Origin: Narcine bancroftii
Lineage: Eukaryota
Direction: 5' to 3'
Length of the DNA stretch: 42,976 nt
NCBI RefSeq assembly: GCF_036971445.1
Contig: NC_091470.1
Span: forward strand, 139,707,025-139,750,000
Shown here one piece after another: positions 41,451-42,976 of this stretch. The position numbers and the translations under genes are program-made. How positions within the stretch are numbered: the first letter of the stretch is position 1; each line of letters begins with the position of its first letter. Under the pieces are notes generated by a model that was not told where the DNA came from, ran no database searches, and was given only the letters and a program-made list of their open reading frames with translations.

Positions 41451-41599
41451 AGAGGAGATGGAAGCAGGCGGCCAGTGACAGGGCAGGATCAACAGCTCGC
41501 CCCCCACCCCACCATTTATCTCCCATCCATGTTCTTGGGACAGGTCCAGGATCGCGCTCACATTCACCACTGCTCCACTTGAATCCACCTAGTGAGGCT

Positions 41600-41955
41600 G
41601 GATGTCCATGGTGGACGGTTGGGCCCTGAGGAGGACGGTGTAACAGAGGGATCTGGGAAACGCAGAGACGTTCCCTGAAAGTGGCATCGCTGGGGGACAG
41701 GGCAGTGGAGAGAGTTTTTGGCACATTGACCTTCATAAATCAGAGCACTGAGTCCAGGATGTTCTGGTAAAGTTGTACAAGACATCGGTGGGGCCAAAAC
41801 TGGACCATGAGGTACAGTTTTGGTCACCGAATGACCAAGCAGATAGAAAGAGGGTAGAGAAGATTTACTGGAATATTGCCTGGACATCAGGGACTGAGTT
41901 ACAGGTAAAGGTTCAACAGGGTTGGGACTTTATCCCCTGAAGATTTACTAGGATT
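41600..41955 (+). mobile_element. CR1-clade fragment, same subfamily as 7745-8640
   Basis: Shares GTTCCCTGAAAGTGGCA...GGAGAGAG..TTTGGCACATTG.CCTTCATA...AGTCCAGGA...GTTGTACAAGACAT. Confidence 0.8.
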
Positions 41956-42235
41956 TACTGCTCTACCAAACTCCTCAATGCCTGATTGTTCACCATGTAT
42001 GTCTGACCTTGATTTGTCTTTCCAAAATGCAACATCTCTCACTTGTCTGCATTAAATTCTGTTCTGTCACACACTCTAGGAGTGGGGACAAGAGCGAAAC
42101 CCCATCCCCGTAACACACTCACGGGGTGAGCCACAGAGCGAAGTCGCGACCCGTCACACACTCCCGTGGTGGCGACAAAGGGTGAATCCGTGTCACACGC
42201 TCCTCTCCAAAGAAAAAAAAATGATTAATTCAAAC

Positions 42236-42976
42236 TTATTTAAATTGTATATAATCAATAAATGGGATCCACTTTAACTCATAAAAAGACATCTTGTCTT
42301 GTATAGAAAAAGATATTCTTTCCATAACCAAACAAAACTTCATCTCTGAATACCACCTATCTAAAGACAATACATTTCTATTCTTCCAAGTAATCGCTAT
42401 ACATTTCTTGGCCACTGCCAGCGCTAAGTAAATAAAAGAGATCTGGTAATTATCTAATTCTAAATCAATCAACGGTTGCATATTCCCTAATAAAAAATAT
42501 ATCAGGGTCTAATACAATATGAAGATTATATAGATTATTAAATACAGATTGAATACCTTTCCAAAATTGTTGTAACCGATCACACAACCAAACAGCATGT
42601 AAAAAAAAGTACCAGAAACCTGATCACAACGAATACAAAGATCTGACTTACTAAAACCAAATTTTTTAAATTTTTCGGGTGTTAAATATAATTGATGTAT
42701 AAAACTATAATTAATCATCGCCAACCTAGCATTAATCAATTTTCGAACACTATTACGGCAGATTTCAGACCAATCTTCAGTTATTGTTAAACTTAAATCT
42801 TTTCCCCATTTCATTTGATCTTTATCCCAATCTATTTTACTTTCACTTTCCAACAAAATACGACACAAACCTGATATATAACCCTTTTTTGGAAATGAGA
42901 GCACATATTTCTCAAAATCAGTTTCAGACAGTAAATTCATTTGACGACCGCATACCTGTTTTACAAAAGATCTTAA
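42236..42976 (-). mobile_element. L1/Tx1-clade LINE ORF2 C-terminal region, frameshifted, continuing beyond the window
   Basis: AT-rich; LYLTPEKFKKFGFSKSDLCIRCDQVSGTFF / H..WLC zinc-knuckle-like motif, then AKKCIAITWK...KWIPFIDY*. Confidence 0.85.

Overview
Vertebrate genomic DNA from a gappy, indel-prone assembly. It is GC-rich and saturated with minisatellites; the repeat style suggests a cartilaginous fish such as a ray or skate (inference). Three intron-containing genes from the block homologous to human 12p13.31 can be read exon by exon. PHB2 is on the minus strand (about 3198-10030) with a U12-type AT-AC intron and a microexon; its last exon is missing or in the gaps. PEX5 is on the plus strand (CDS 13932-24310, 15 coding exons, including the PEX7-binding long-isoform exon). 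The 5' end of a C1s/C1r/MASP-family complement protease gene follows on the plus strand (26435-27377). PHB2 and PEX5 are head-to-head across a CpG island with an ETS-CRE element and about 12 CCAAT boxes. The rest is a truncated Gypsy LTR element, CR1, RTE and L1-clade LINE fragments, many intron-specific tandem repeats and a ~9 kb 18-bp C-rich array. The giant ORFs in the track are repeat read-throughs, not proteins. All three genes carry single-base frameshifts that are probably consensus errors. I found no clear novel system; the best leads are the PHB2/PEX5 bidirectional promoter, a CTCF-motif-rich minisatellite, loss of two WxxxF/Y motifs in PEX5 and an apparently incomplete C1s-like gene.
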